A stretch of 64,000 nucleotides of DNA, from positions 1,426,001 through 1,490,000 of the forward strand of contig JAUFOQ010000016.1 in assembly GCA_040285855.1 (NCBI GenBank). Reading direction: 5' to 3'. The notes below the pieces were generated by a model. It was not told the DNA's origin. It saw only the letters and a list, made by a program, of their open reading frames with translations, and did no database searches. The DNA is from Eukaryota sp. GEM-RC1. Lineage: Eukaryota. Shown piece by piece: positions 1-12,518 of the stretch (positions within the stretch are counted from its first letter, which is position 1; the number at the start of each line of letters is the position of its first letter). The position numbers and the translations under genes are program-made.

Positions 1-470
1 ATGGTTAGAACACAAATGAATTGTATCTATCAACATTCAATTGGGTAATTAAACGACAGTATTTGTTGTATTTTTTGCCTTTTCAGCTACTCCAAGAAAA
101 CTCATCTTCAAATATTTTGGAAATTGATCTTGAATTACAAGGATCAAACGTTGTGAAATCAATGATCATTTCCTGACAAGATAACCAAGGACCAATCAAA
201 TCACCACGAATTCTATCAAATTTTGGCAAATCAGAAAGATCAGCAAATAAAGGTTTAATTTGTTCATGAAAACCATTAGCTTGAAACGTATCCAAACAGT
301 TATCTCACATACTGTTGTGAATAATAGATCTAAAATGAATAAATTGACGACAGTTAACTAAATGATGAATATTCGAAGCCTTTGATCGACCACAAAGACA
401 TGGAGAATGCTTCAAACGACATGAAGGCCGTAATCAAAACATAAGTCTCTTGTTTACAAGCACCTTACAA
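1..470 (-). mobile_element. Decayed 3' portion of an RLE-type (CRE/R2-like) non-LTR retrotransposon
   Basis: Minus strand reads CLCGRSKASNIHHLVNCRQFIHFRSIIHN (zinc knuckle), then IRGDL..IIDFTTFDPCNS and AEKAK..KY. This matches the PD..D..K restriction-like endonuclease layout. Broken by stops and frameshifts. Confidence 0.6.
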
Positions 471-1193
471 CTTTAGATTAAAAAGGCGCATTCTATTTTT
501 TATACATGTATTTGTTTTCTGAATATACTTTTTTATTATCGTGTTTTTATTGACAACAACACTAAAGTGTACATACATCTAATAATCAATATCCTCAAAG
601 TCCAGATTGCCTAACTGGAAATTTTCACATGCCTTATCCTCATAATGTTTGCCAAGAGATAAGATATAGTTTTATAGAACAAACCTATAATTCAATATCA
701 TTAAAGCAACAGTCATTGCCATTGAAACTCACAGAAGCTTTTTCGTCATAGACAACACTAAGAGCTAAAAGAGCTTTCGAGATTATAACATTAATTGTTT
801 TAAAGATTGTAAAAACAAAAAAAAGTACAATCAATATTAACAGAGGAGATACCAGTACCTCTATCCCCTCTCACACTCATGTCTCAATTCAAAAAGTCCT
901 GTTCGAGTACGTGATGAAGACTGTTGCGAGTTTCAAATGTGTTGGCGTGAAAAATGTTGGAGTTTTCACCGTTGTGGATTGGAGAGAACAATATATATAA
1001 ATAATTGTTTATCCCTTTTTTTATAAAATTAATTATGGAAGAACTCAACTTGAAAAATACATAAACTACCATTATTGATTTTAAATGATTAAGTACAAGC
1101 ATTTATCACCATGGACTGAGTTTTGGCAGCAAACGAGAACCAGAAAAATACGGTTATACACGTAACTTATAATTACAACTTAAAATTACAAAA

Positions 1194-1928
1194 TCAGACT
1201 CCTTTACAGAAAATATCTATTGGTTCTACAATGGATATAAACTCCGCTCCTTTAAAAGTTGGGAGTTGAAGTCCAAATTCCTCGGCGAGAGCCGGTGGAA
1301 CGAAACGCCCACCAATGTAGTGATGGCATTCATTTTTGAGCTGGAAAACAAAAGGTTTCGGAAGAGTAAGTGACACAAGTAAAACTGGTGTAATACATCC
1401 ATAGGTTCCAGGTCCTGTATTAACCTCCCAGCCAGAAGGAACATCAATTGAAATGACATTGGTTAAACTGCCCAATTGCTTAATGATAGAATCAAACGGG
1501 GCACGTATGCCATGTGTTGCATCAAAAGAAAAGCCAAAGATGGCATCAACAACGAAATCAAATGCATTGATATCAATATCTTCCAGAGATGAAAAGCGAT
1601 CAACTTTGAAAGCATCTAGTTGTGAGACAAGACGATCATGTAACGGTGTAGATTTTGGTTTTGGCTCAACAAGAGTAACAGGACAGTTATAGGATTTGAG
1701 ATAGCGAGCAAGAACTAAACCATCGGCTCCATTATTCCCTGGACCTACTATAACAAGGAAAGACTTAATTGAAGATTCGAGATCTGCAAATCGGAAGATT
1801 GATTGGGCACAGGACAACCCCGCCAGCTCTACTAGTTGATCAAGACTATAGATTTCAAAGAGTTTTTGATCAAGCTGGTATGCAGTCTGAGCTGATACGA
1901 CAGAAATTCTTTGTTTTGAGGGTGTCAT
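1194..1928 (-). CDS. NAXE: NAD(P)HX epimerase (YjeF_N family)
   Basis: LVELAGLSCA, GPGNNGADGLVLARYL, VDAIFGFSF, SIDVPSGW, SLTLPK and HYIGGRFVP motifs. Confidence 0.92.
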   Translation of the reverse strand: MTPSKQRISVVSAQTAYQLDQKLFEIYSLDQLVELAGLSCAQSIFRFADLESSIKSFLVIVGPGNNGADGLVLARYLKSYNCPVTLVEPKPKSTPLHDRLVSQLDAFKVDRFSSLEDIDINAFDFVVDAIFGFSFDATHGIRAPFDSIIKQLGSLTNVISIDVPSGWEVNTGPGTYGCITPVLLVSLTLPKPFVFQLKNECHHYIGGRFVPPALAEEFGLQLPTFKGAEFISIVEPIDIFCKGV

Positions 1929-2227
1929 AATGAAGGGTAGTCGATTTTAATCACAAACTTTGCACTGAAAAGTATTCCAATCACTTTTGATTTCAATGGC
2001 CCTTGCCAGTATTCAGGAAATCATTAAAACAATACTTGTGAAACAATGTTCAGTGTTATGTGTTTTTGGGAATAATAAATAGACCAAAACATCTAAGTTC
2101 TAATGAATTAAGGCTCCATATATGCTAGAAGATAATTATCTCTTGCGGAGAGTCTTAAAGAGTGTGCCCAAAACTCGTCTGTCTAGATTTGAAACAGAAC
2201 TCAGAATGTCTACTAGGGTTTCTGTCG

Positions 2228-3421
2228 ATGCCAACTACCAGGTCGACTCTCAACAAGTTCCTCACTGTCTTAGGTGTTTCTCTAATTATCCCAGCCCCTT
2301 TCATTTACGTCCATCATCGAATAGTGAAATGTCTTAAACAGTTGATTATTCAGGATGCTCGATTCACCAAGCGCTACAATTCACTGAAGCTGTCTTCTAC
2401 GTTGTTCTGTACGGCTCTGTTTACATGTATTTTCGCAGGTAGGCTCTGTTCTTACGTTTTTCAGCCCTCTAGCATTGTCTCCTTGTTGTTTGCTCTCTCT
2501 GAACTGACAGCTGGTTTCTCCTACTGGTTCCTTTGCACACTACTGTTCTTTCACCCATTTGTGTTTCTTCCAAGTGACAAAATGAAACTGTGTTCTTTCT
2601 ATTTTGCCGTAATCCTTACTGTCATCCTTTCTTTTGTTACGTTTGAAACCTCAACACAGTTTGTGGTCACTCATCATTCTATTTCTACCCATCTCCATCC
2701 CTTAAAGAGGCCACTTCAAAAGCCTGTTAAGTTGGCTGTCATTTCGGATATCCATATAACAGGTTCGTTCATGTCAATGAGTCAGTTAACAAGGGTCAGT
2801 GATATAATTAAAACTCTAAATGCGGATTATTGCTTAATTTTAGGGGACGTTATTGATGTACCAAACGCAAGACAGGTTTTTTCCTCAAAAGATGTTGATC
2901 TCTCTGTTCTCAACAATGTTGCCAAAAATCCAACAATAGCCATACTGGGCAATCATGATCTCTACTCTGACAAGGAAGCTGTTGCTGACATAATCACCCA
3001 GGCAAATATAACTCTTCTTCGAGGAACTTCTCTAAAAGTGGAAGAGTTGGAATTCTTGGGTATCAATGATTATGGCTTGTCTCCACTTCCATATTTGACT
3101 GATGAGATTGGTTCTGTTCTAGCAAAGGCTGATACAACTAAATTTCCGATTGTGCTAGTTCATCAGCCAATTGTAGAGGCACTGAATCTGATTGATCAAA
3201 TGAGTTCCACAACAGGATTTTTGTCACTGTCTGGTCATGTTCACCGTGGTCAATTGTTTCCTTTACAGTTGCCCTTAAGCTGGAAGTACAGGTTCTTCTA
3301 TGGAAAATATTCATTTGCAAATGGATTCGCTATTGTTTCAAGTGGAATTGGAAATAGTGTATGTCCATTCAGGGGGCCTTTTAGTTCGAGACCAGAAATT
3401 CTATCAATAAATTTACATTAA
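2228..3421 (+). CDS. Membrane-anchored metallophosphoesterase (YkuE/TMPPE-like)
   Basis: Four N-terminal hydrophobic segments, then SDIH, GDVID, GNHD, LVHQP and SGHVHRGQ calcineurin-like motifs. First ATG at 2228. Confidence 0.85.
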   Translation: MPTTRSTLNKFLTVLGVSLIIPAPFIYVHHRIVKCLKQLIIQDARFTKRYNSLKLSSTLFCTALFTCIFAGRLCSYVFQPSSIVSLLFALSELTAGFSYWFLCTLLFFHPFVFLPSDKMKLCSFYFAVILTVILSFVTFETSTQFVVTHHSISTHLHPLKRPLQKPVKLAVISDIHITGSFMSMSQLTRVSDIIKTLNADYCLILGDVIDVPNARQVFSSKDVDLSVLNNVAKNPTIAILGNHDLYSDKEAVADIITQANITLLRGTSLKVEELEFLGINDYGLSPLPYLTDEIGSVLAKADTTKFPIVLVHQPIVEALNLIDQMSSTTGFLSLSGHVHRGQLFPLQLPLSWKYRFFYGKYSFANGFAIVSSGIGNSVCPFRGPFSSRPEILSINLH

Positions 3422-3587
3422 TGGACTGAGGTATTTATTGACGTGAACCAAGAAAGCAGACCTAATGAAATATTTTTGATTGGGAAGCACACAGTGAAAG
3501 TCTGATCAATTCATTACAATACAAGTAAATGTAGGTCAAAAACAATTCAATGGGACAACAAATGATTTAAAATTGGACTCCAACAAA

Positions 3588-5570
3588 CTAAGACTTTTTA
3601 GACTTCCTAATACATACAGATTCATGTTTTGCCAATCTGTTTAATATAAAAGTCCTTTTACAATATTTGCAAGCATGTAAGTCAGCTGATTCTTCAACCA
3701 AATATACATTGGTGTTGATTGGCTTGTCCAAATTGGTGAACGGTACTGGTTCTAGCTCACTGATTAAGGACAATAATTGAGCGTTAAATCGTTCATACTT
3801 AGCCCTATGAGACTTCTTCACAGTCTCAATCTCAGCCATCAACTCGTCATTACTAGACAAACTGTTCTCCAGCTCTTCCTCCAACGTCTTCTTTACTGAT
3901 TGGAGTGTCAGCACATCAGACTGTAAACCGTTGTTAGATTCTACAATGTCGGAATGTCTTTTCTTTAGTTCACTATTCTGTCTTTGAACATCTATCAACT
4001 GTGACTGCAATTGATCAACTTCATTTTGAATTTCATCCGCCTTTGTAATGAGTTCATCATGGGCAGTAGTGAGGTTGAAGTACTGATGTTCAGCCTGTGC
4101 CAACTGGTCGTTAGCAGTAGATAGTTGGGTTGTTAATAGACGTTTTTCTATTTCGTTCTGCTCACAAACCCTTGCTTTCTCAACGTACTTTGCCTTCAGT
4201 TCCGCTTCAGACTTATGAACTCTGTTACATGCAACGTCAAGTATTTTAGTCTGATGTAAGTTTCGTCTGATTGCAGATTCCAGTTCCGCTATTCTATCAT
4301 CACATTCTCTTGCATAAGCAGAGCTGTTAGCAAAAGAGCGATCCAATGACTCACATTTATCAACAACTTGAGATAATTTTTTCCGAAGAAGAACATCAGC
4401 TTCTTGAAAGCCTTTAATCTCATTGATGTGTTGGGTAAGCAGTTGATGACAATACCTATCCTTGTCCATGAGTTGTTGGTCATGCTCAGCAACAATCTGC
4501 TCTAAATCAACAATTTCACTGTGTGGTTTAGTGAACATTGTGCAAGAGCTAAAAGTACAGTTGAATATTGAAGACAAGTGAATGATTACCTGATCACAGG
4601 AAGGTCGTTGAAGAGCATCTAAATTAGTCATAGATTTCACTAGACCAGCAAATTGATCATCAAGGAGGGAAGCGTCAATAGGCTCTTCATTCACAGGAAG
4701 AGGCGGGATCAGTGTGTCAAGAGTGCCAGTTAACAGGAAGTAAAAGAGGATACCAAGAGCATACACATCTGTGGCTTTCGATATAAAGCTGACTTCTTTG
4801 ATTGACAACTCTGGAGCCTTGAATTGTCTTCTGTATTGGAGTCCAGATCTATTAGAATCAATGACGTCACAATAGTGAGCATTACCAATTTTTACACAGT
4901 TCACGTCACCATTTTCATTGTCCAACTCCAAGTAGAAACAGTTTGCAGAGATTGCTCCATGTATCAGATTGAGGTCATGGAACGCTTTTAGTCCTAAAGT
5001 TGTTTGAATAAGAATCTTTTTAATATCTGCAGAAGAAAAGAATTTCTTGTTCTTAACAAAGTCCATCAATGATGGGCCATAGTGTTCTGAAACTATCCCA
5101 AAGGGATCGCTAGTAACTCCAAGTACATTGAGAACATGATCGTGCTGGACATAGGAACTCAACGCTACTGTGTACTATAAACGTTTCACTAGTACGGGAT
5201 TAGAAAAAGCGTCATTTGGAACTTTCCATGTTACCAATTTGTTTTTGAATTTACAAATATCTATTTTTTGATCGATTGGTTGACTCAGCAGGAACTGTGA
5301 CTTAGGAGGATTGATTGTCTGTAGTTCATCTTTGTCGATTGTCATGGGAGAAAAGATGATGGATATTAGTTCTTGAAGCATGAATACTGTGATAAACGGC
5401 TTGCTTTGGGCATTTACTGCCGATCTGCATACAGGGCATTCTTTGTTGGTACGGAGCCAGTTTTCAACGAAAGATTTAGAGAAACAAGGTCCACATTGAA
5501 GACTGACAGGATCAAGTAAAAGGTTCAGAGTTATAGGACATCGTAGATTGGATAAGATTTCAGGAAGCAT
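3588..5570 (-). pseudogene. RING/U-box + pseudokinase + coiled coil + C2HC zinc finger gene, interrupted by one in-frame TAG
   Basis: ORF 5175-5570 (CPIT..DPV..CG....CPVC) and ORF 3588-5162 share a frame and are separated only by TAG at 5175-5177. The kinase fold has HGAI in place of HRD and GNA in place of DFG. C-terminal CKYC..F..NRLAKHESVC. Confidence 0.65.
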
Positions 5571-5612
5571 TCGCTCAGAATGGTTTGAAATTCAAACTTT
5601 GAATTGTACCTT

Positions 5613-5654
5613 TGTTACCACTAAGCTAATAGCGCTATTAGCTTAGTGGTAACA
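5613..5654. mobile_element. 42-bp perfect palindrome with TG...CA ends and 4-bp flanking direct repeat CCTT (miniature insertion)
   Basis: TGTTACCACTAAGCTAATAGC|GCTATTAGCTTAGTGGTAACA; CCTT at 5609-5612 and 5655-5658. Confidence 0.7.
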
Positions 5655-5892
5655 CCTTCAAAAGATGTCAAGACTGTAGACATGTGTAGTTGATTGAATA
5701 AACAAGAAGTGTCATCTATATCACTTAAATACAATTTTATTGGTTATTATCCAAGGAAAGGATGAACTGGATCCATAGTAAAACAAACTGGTCCGTAACG
5801 ACCAAACTGAACATATACAAAAGAAACAGAGCATCCATGCTGGCGAGTAGTGCCGCTAGATCTGCTGAAACAAATCATTCTAGTAGAATAAC

Positions 5893-6261
5893 TTATAAAT
5901 CATCATTTTTGTGACGTAGAAGAGTCAGTATTTGATACAGAAGTGGTAAGTCGCTACCAGAATCAGGGATACTCAAATCTGAAGCGATTGCAGGAGCAGG
6001 AACACTTTCGTACGATCCAGTTTCAGCGGAGAAGACAGAAGAAGTACGATAGAGGTTATTATACTCAAGATATTGTGATATAAGAGAGTTAATGACAAGA
6101 CTATCCTCTGATGGACTCTGTTTAGAAAAAGTAGGAGTTTGAAGAGCAAGAAACATCTCTGATCGTATTTGTGACTTGATTCTATCAATGGCACCACGAT
6201 TATCAAGCGATTCTTGGACTGCAGAGGAAAGTTCTTTGAGAGAATCGTGGGAAGCACACAT
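5893..6261 (-). CDS. CEP20: FOP-family LisH centrosomal/basal-body protein (FOR20/CEP20-like)
   Basis: SL..RGAIDRIKSQIRSEMF, LINSLISQYLEYNNLYRTSSVFSAET (LisH) and the PLLYQI tail; 122 aa. Confidence 0.75.
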   Translation of the reverse strand: MCASHDSLKELSSAVQESLDNRGAIDRIKSQIRSEMFLALQTPTFSKQSPSEDSLVINSLISQYLEYNNLYRTSSVFSAETGSYESVPAPAIASDLSIPDSGSDLPLLYQILTLLRHKNDDL

Positions 6262-6823
6262 TAGTTTGTCTCTCAGACTAACTGAACAATTTCAAAAGAC
6301 AATTTGTTACCCCACAATCGCTTTATTTGACATTTATAAGCCATTAGCTAATGCCAAAAGCCACTTCTGTTGACTACTTTTATGTCAAGATAAAATTGTA
6401 TCATTTTGAGTCACTACTGTCCTCAGAATTCTCTCCTCTGGAAACACAGTATCACAGTTAGAGTTTGAAAGCATCCTTCTATCTGCCCTAGTCACTAATG
6501 TGGGCAATCTTTTCCAGGAGCCCCGTATCTCATTTTCTATTCACCATCAGACAATCTTGCTGTGCTAAGGATACCTAGTCAGTGTTTTTCCACCTTCATC
6601 AGTGTTATCTCGATGATCAGATCTCATAACGGACAGGATTGTAAATTTATGATTGTGTCGTCTGCACCTGTTCTTGCTCTTTTATAAGATCTACATTCAC
6701 TCTAGCTGCTATTAATGGCACTTGATCCTGAACTCTTCTCAATTAATCCATCAATTGTCCCTAAAGATATCCGCTTCAGATATTCTTGTTTCATAACAAG
6801 AGTTGGTAATAAAGCTAGATCGC

Positions 6824-7537
6824 ATGCCCAATATTCACTTCTCTATAGAAGTTATCAGTGAGGATGTTAAACTCATCGGCTCCTGGATTGACTGGAACAC
6901 AGATCGTGCAGTTACTCTTAAAGCACAGGGGTCTCCAACCCCGTCTGTTTCTATTGAGATCGATGAGAGAGTAATTGAGTATAAGTATCTTATTGATGGA
7001 AGCTGGGAGGCAGGGATAATCGAATTGTTCAGATTGAGCCTCAGAACAATGTGGTTTATGTCAAAGATTACTCTAAAGAAGAGAACAAGTCCTCTGAAAT
7101 CAATCAAAGTGAAGATTTCCCAAAGGACTTAACTCACATAGAGGAGAATGAGGATACTCAACACAATGCGAGTGTTGTTGAAGTACAAACGGAAAACATA
7201 CCGCTATCTGAGGAACTGAAAAAGCAACAACTCCAATTTGGGAAAAAACTTCGTCAAAGGACAAAGAAATCACAGAGTTACAGGAGCTTCTACTGAAACA
7301 AAGTGATGATTCTAAAACAAAAGAAAAGATACAAAAGTTGGAATCGGCTATAGAAAGAATGCAAGCTCAACTGAGCCTCTCACACCGTCAATTCCTCGAT
7401 GAACAGTATTTAAGAAAGAAATCAGAGAGGGTTGCTTCCGAGTATAGAACCGGTATACAAAAATATATTCGTGAGTTATCGGACAAAACAGCAAAGTTAA
7501 GCTCCAGATGTAGCATGTGAAGGTAATAAACCAATTC
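6824..7537 (+). CDS. CBM48/CBM20-like glycogen/starch-binding domain plus coiled coil (frameshifted in assembly)
   Basis: VKLIGSWIDW...IEYKYLIDGSWE at the N-terminus; coiled-coil continuation spread over several frames; 3' end uncertain. Confidence 0.5.
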
Positions 7538-7578
7538 AAGTGTAAGGTGAGACATGTTGTTGTACAACTTTATTCGAT

Positions 7579-7987
7579 TCAATCAGAGAAAGAGATATCA
7601 ACAAAGTTGTTCTCATTTCCACAGGAATCCTTCATAGTGGGGAAGTCATTCGAACACATCCAGTTAACACCATCCACAACAAATTTAAACCTGAGATAAA
7701 AGAAACAAAGAAACAAACTGGTAGCGCCCTTCGGGTAGTTCGATGGAACAGGAGAATTTGTCATCATTGTCCTTAATCATAGGATAAGAGTTTCGCCAGG
7801 AATCAAAAGAGCCTTTTAGATTCACAGAAGACGACTTAGGAGCATTAACTGAGAGGTTGATGGTCTTAGCCTTGGCAGGTTCTCCAAAGAGAGTCATTGG
7901 CTGGAAATTGACATGATGCTTTTTGAGAGAATGAGAATTGTTGCTGTGACTACAATTAGCACATATAGATGGATCAATATTGGACAT
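7579..7987 (-). CDS. CBM48 (AMPK-beta-type glycogen-binding) domain protein, one 28-nt intron (7691-7718)
   Basis: VNLKGSFDSW...LPEGRYQ|FKFVVDG.W....P...D..GNENN is restored by splicing GTTTG...TATCTCAG; start uncertain. Confidence 0.75.
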
Positions 7988-9469
7988 GAGGGAAGGAAGA
8001 ACATCCACAGAGATGTTCAGAACATGAGGGAAGGTCGTCAAACATAATTAGCAGTCGATCGAAAATTCCGATGAGTCATTTGAGCACTATTCGAATTGAA
8101 AATCTACAGCTACTTAAAGCGGTTGGGCAGGTCAAAGTAAAGTGGATACAGCAACTCGCCTAGATGGTGGTCTTACTCGTAGAGGATTGGCGGCATAGTT
8201 TCAAACCAATGTATGTTATACTAGGTGTTCTGAAAACTTGTGCTGTAGTTGAATAGGATAACGTTTGCACAGTTTCGTTCCATTTACAGATATTTAAATT
8301 CAATTTTAGGTAAGTTGTTTGGTGAAGGACAGACGGATCATAGTTTAGATACTTTAGTTAGTACTAGTATCTGTTCGTTTTTATAAAAGCATTTCTTTCA
8401 TAAACCGCGTTTTTTTCCTCAATATTGTAGTAGATTTAGTGATTGTGATTCTATTTGAGCAAAGATGTGTTTTGCAACCTAATTTACATTATTGACTAGC
8501 TCCTCTGTTAGTTTGTTTTAGTAATGTGTCTTACTTGGAAATTTGTTGTGTTGAAGCAAAAATCATGCAACTAGACATTTCCAGGAATTGATTGTATGTA
8601 GTGGTACACTTGGTAATGAAGAAAATTGACCTTGTTAAAATGTACACTGCTTGGTTATTTACGTACACAAATTCATTGTTTCGGAATAGTATTATAAATC
8701 TGCGATCGAAGCATAAGTAAAACTTATACAATAAGTTTGCAAAATGTGTACATGTATTGCGCATTTGTTGGATCAAACTTAGCTATCAATTACAAACAAC
8801 ACGTTCAGGTGTTATAATCGCATATAAGAATGCACATGAAAGAACAAATTACAAGTAACAAAAACAATATTAGAACCATACTTGGGTATCACACTCTTTT
8901 GCATTTTGTGATACCTGTGAATCACACATATCACATCACAACATCACATCACAAATAGAGATAATACTGATCTTACTCAATAGAACTACATAAACAAACT
9001 TGAAGTGTATTTTCTGCTAGGTATGAGGGCTTTTGAGCTGTGGAACCCCTTCGAGCCTTCTAGCCATATATTGTGATTGAGGAACACAGTCAAGAGAATG
9101 TAGTCGCAAATTTTTCAACTGATTAAATGGAGACCTCTGTTGTTAATCAAATTTAAAACTCGCAGGTATACGATCTATTGTTAAATGATCTTCAATGTAG
9201 CTGTGGAAACACAAGATAAGTACAAAAAACCATTGATGACTCTTATACATGTGAAACGTGTTGAATATGAAATATGTCTTTGGATGTGTCAATTCGCCTA
9301 GAAACAGGGCATTGGATTTTCCAAATGATGTCAGAAAAATCGTAAAAACAGGATAAACAACCGTTTTGATCACATGTTAGTATAGTTTATACTGCTTGTA
9401 GAAAAAATCATTCAAGTGATGTTTTTGATTTAGGACAGCAATTACCACACTGGACAATGATATGGCGAC

Positions 9470-9525
9470 CATCCCCATTCGAATAGCTGAAAAGATACTG
9501 AATTTTATCTATTCGAATGGGGATG
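9470..9525. repeat. 56-bp inverted repeat (17-bp perfect arms)
   Basis: CATCCCCATTCGAATAG (9470-9486) and CTATTCGAATGGGGATG (9509-9525); no clear TSD. Confidence 0.75.
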
Positions 9526-9600
9526 TTAACGTAAAGTAAGAAATTTAAAACAATAAGTGTGTCGATTGATACATAAACAAGTATTACACAAAAATAGAAA

Positions 9601-10781
9601 TCAGCCTTCAGGTTTTATTGATGCTTCAATTCTTTTCAATGCATGAAGAAAATCTGCAGATGTTATTGGAAAAGAACAAGAGTCATCAATCTCATTAAAA
9701 TTTAAAGATCTTACACCATTCATTGCAGCTTCTCTACAAACGAGAGAAATATCAGCACCACTATAGCCTTCTGTTTGCTCAGCAAGAAAACGCCAAGAAA
9801 CACTACAGTCCACAGCATTGTTCTTGCAAAAGAATTGGAAGAGCTCAATTCGATCAGAAAGTGATGGAAGTGGCACCATAATCCTCTTTTCAAACCGTCG
9901 GCGAAGCGCATCATCCAAATGATTTTCACAGTTTGTGGCTGCAATGACAACAACATTCGGAGGTATATCGGAAAGATGAATCAGCAACTCCGTCAGCATT
10001 CGACGGTTGTTCCCTGTATCAGTCTCTGTTCTAGCTGATCCCACTGAGTCAATTTCATCAAAGAACATGATTGTGGGAGAGTGCTCAACTGCTAACTATA
10101 ATTAACATTAATCTGTTGTACATACATTAAACAATCGATTGATAAAACGTTCAGATTCTCCAGTCCATCGTGATAGTACTGAAGATGGTGGAACTTCAAA
10201 GAAGCAAAATCCAGTTTCGCCTGCAATTAGTCAAAAAACTATGTTCAACCTGCCGTTGCTTTCGCTATGAGAGATTTGCCTGTACCTGGTGGTCCGAACA
10301 GTAGAATACTTTTCCAACTCTGTCGTAGCCCAACAAACAGTTTTGGCTTTAACCTAGGAAGCAGAACCGCTTCGATTAGTGACTGTTTAACCTCTTCTAG
10401 TCCTGTTACATCTGAGAATCGAACAGAAGGCCGCTTTTGCATAACTGAATGTAGTAGAAACTCAGTCATTTCTCGTTCTTCTCTAACAGGTTCGGTTTCA
10501 TGTTGCAGTAGTTTAGCACTGGGGTTTTTTTGTAGTTGTACAGGGTCTTGTACCAAAGGAGAAGAGATGGTCTGCAATTTGTGGATTCGTGTTTTGAAGA
10601 TAGACGCGACCAGAATAAAGACATTGTTGTTGTTGTCGTTCTTTTCCAGTGACACTACGGATTGAAGATTAGATAGTGCAGCTGAATAACATGCAATAGC
10701 TCTATCACTGCGGTGGTGAGCATCATGATCGATCCCATTTTCAAGCCACTTCACAGCTCCAGAAAGGTCAGTAATGGACAT
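9601..10781 (-). CDS. MIT-domain meiotic-clade AAA ATPase (VPS4/katanin/spastin family), introns 10221-10249 and 10096-10125
   Basis: N-terminal MIT-like helices, GPPGTGKS, WTGESER, FFDEID, AATN and RRRFEKRI; the two GT-AG introns restore the frame. Confidence 0.88.
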
Positions 10782-10842
10782 GTAGTTTGGAATGCTTGGA
10801 GCGCAGGCAGATTAGATTCTTCACTTCTTTATCCTCTATATA

Positions 10843-12518
10843 ATGATTAGTTCTTACTCTCCAGATAATTCAGTCTTGGTCATTGTTACAAATGATTCGA
10901 GACTAATTGTTTTGGATACAACGGTTTCAAATGCAACTCCTCGGAACTTAAGTGAAGGAGACCACCTTACTAAGCGCTACCAGTGTTTAGAATGGGGCCA
11001 ATCCTCTAGCGACAATTCCCTACATCTTTTCCTTGGTTGTTATGATGGTTCAGTTTCTGTGATAGACGTTCGCTCAATGTCATTTGTTACTTCTCTTAAA
11101 CCAAAGTTCGCTGCACCCATTCTGTCCATGTCTGTTGACATGCCTTCTCGACGTCTCTTTGCCACCACTGGAGATACCATCCATGACTTTGATCTTGTTG
11201 CATCGAGTTTTGCTGGTTCTATATCAACTCTTGGTCGTGTCATCTCTTCTATCAAGACCTTACCCTCCAACCGGTTAATTATAGCAGGACATCAGATCAT
11301 TACCATGGATATAGCATCCCAACTAGTTCAAACCTCTCTTACTGGCCACACCTCCCCAGTAGACTTACTTCATCTATTCAATTCCATGGAAACTCCTTGT
11401 TTAGTCTCTTCTTCCTCAAATAGGTTTCTCAATGTGTGGAATCTAGCTACCTCCACCCTTCTCTGTGTACTCCAAGTAGATAACAAACCCATGCACATCA
11501 ATTCTTTTGTCAACAATGAAACAGTTTACATCACCGTCGTTTCAAGTAGAAAGGTTCTCTCTCTCTTCTCCTTCTCTTGTGAAGAGATCCTCTCCACTTC
11601 CTCCACTCCCAGAAGCCCATCATCTGTCTTCTCAATTGACTATGATAGTGGTGACGTTGTTGCTGCTACTATTAAAGTTATTGATGGAACTCTTGTTTTG
11701 GCCCTTGGACGTCACGATAGTCGTCAAACTGTCACTCAATCCTTCCCCATGGATACTGTCTCCCACACAATGAATCTAGAACCTCTTTCGGATAAGGAAT
11801 TGTCTTTCAAAACTGGTCTTAAGAAGTCCTCTGACGGTTACGTTATTGATTCTTCGATTGCAGTTGAAGGAAGAGTTTCTGATTCTAGGGGATTAAAAGC
11901 TGTTAAACCTGTGTCAAGTTTTGCTGCTGACGGTACTGATCGCCCCCAAGTCTTCGTGATCAATTAGCTCTATTAAAGGGAACAAACATTGCCTCGAAAA
12001 AGCCCTTTCAACAGGTTTCTGTTGCCCAGGCTTTGTCCCTGGCAGTGAGGTCTAACGATGTTAACTTGTTGAACAAGTGTCTGAGCTCTGTGTCTTCAAA
12101 GCATATTCCTAATTCTGTTCAGGAGTTGTCCTCTGAAGAAACTCTATCGTTATTACAAATGTTGGTTCATTTGATTGATGTGAAGCCAGAACGAGCTCCA
12201 ATGCTTCTTACTTGGACGAAGGCTATTCTAACTTCAAATGCTGGAGGTATACTGTCTAATCCTAAGAGTGCTAAGGTACTACAGTCTGTTAAAACAGTTC
12301 TTACGTTGCTTTCTAGTAATTATAATCAACTTGTGGCTTTGAAATCAAAGTTGGAAGTTGCTTTTGCACTTTCTAAGGATACGACTCCTGTGTCTGATTC
12401 TAATAAGGGTCCTTTGATCTCTATTGATGCTCAAGAATCAGATATGGAAGACGAGGGGGAAATGGCAATGGTTGATGACGATGATGATTTGTTGAATGAA
12501 ATTACTCATTTAGATTAG
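10843..12518 (+). CDS. WDR43: WD40 + Utp12-domain protein (WDR43/Utp5-like), intron 11950-11978
   Basis: WD repeats; splicing joins in frame to SVAQALSLAVRSND..LL..CL (Utp12 domain) and an acidic tail. Confidence 0.75.

Noticed and set aside
5632..5710. tRNA gene starting GCGCTATTAGCTTAGTGGTA
   Set aside because: Only an A-box-like 5' part is present; no anticodon arm, T-loop (GTTCRA) or acceptor partner follows.
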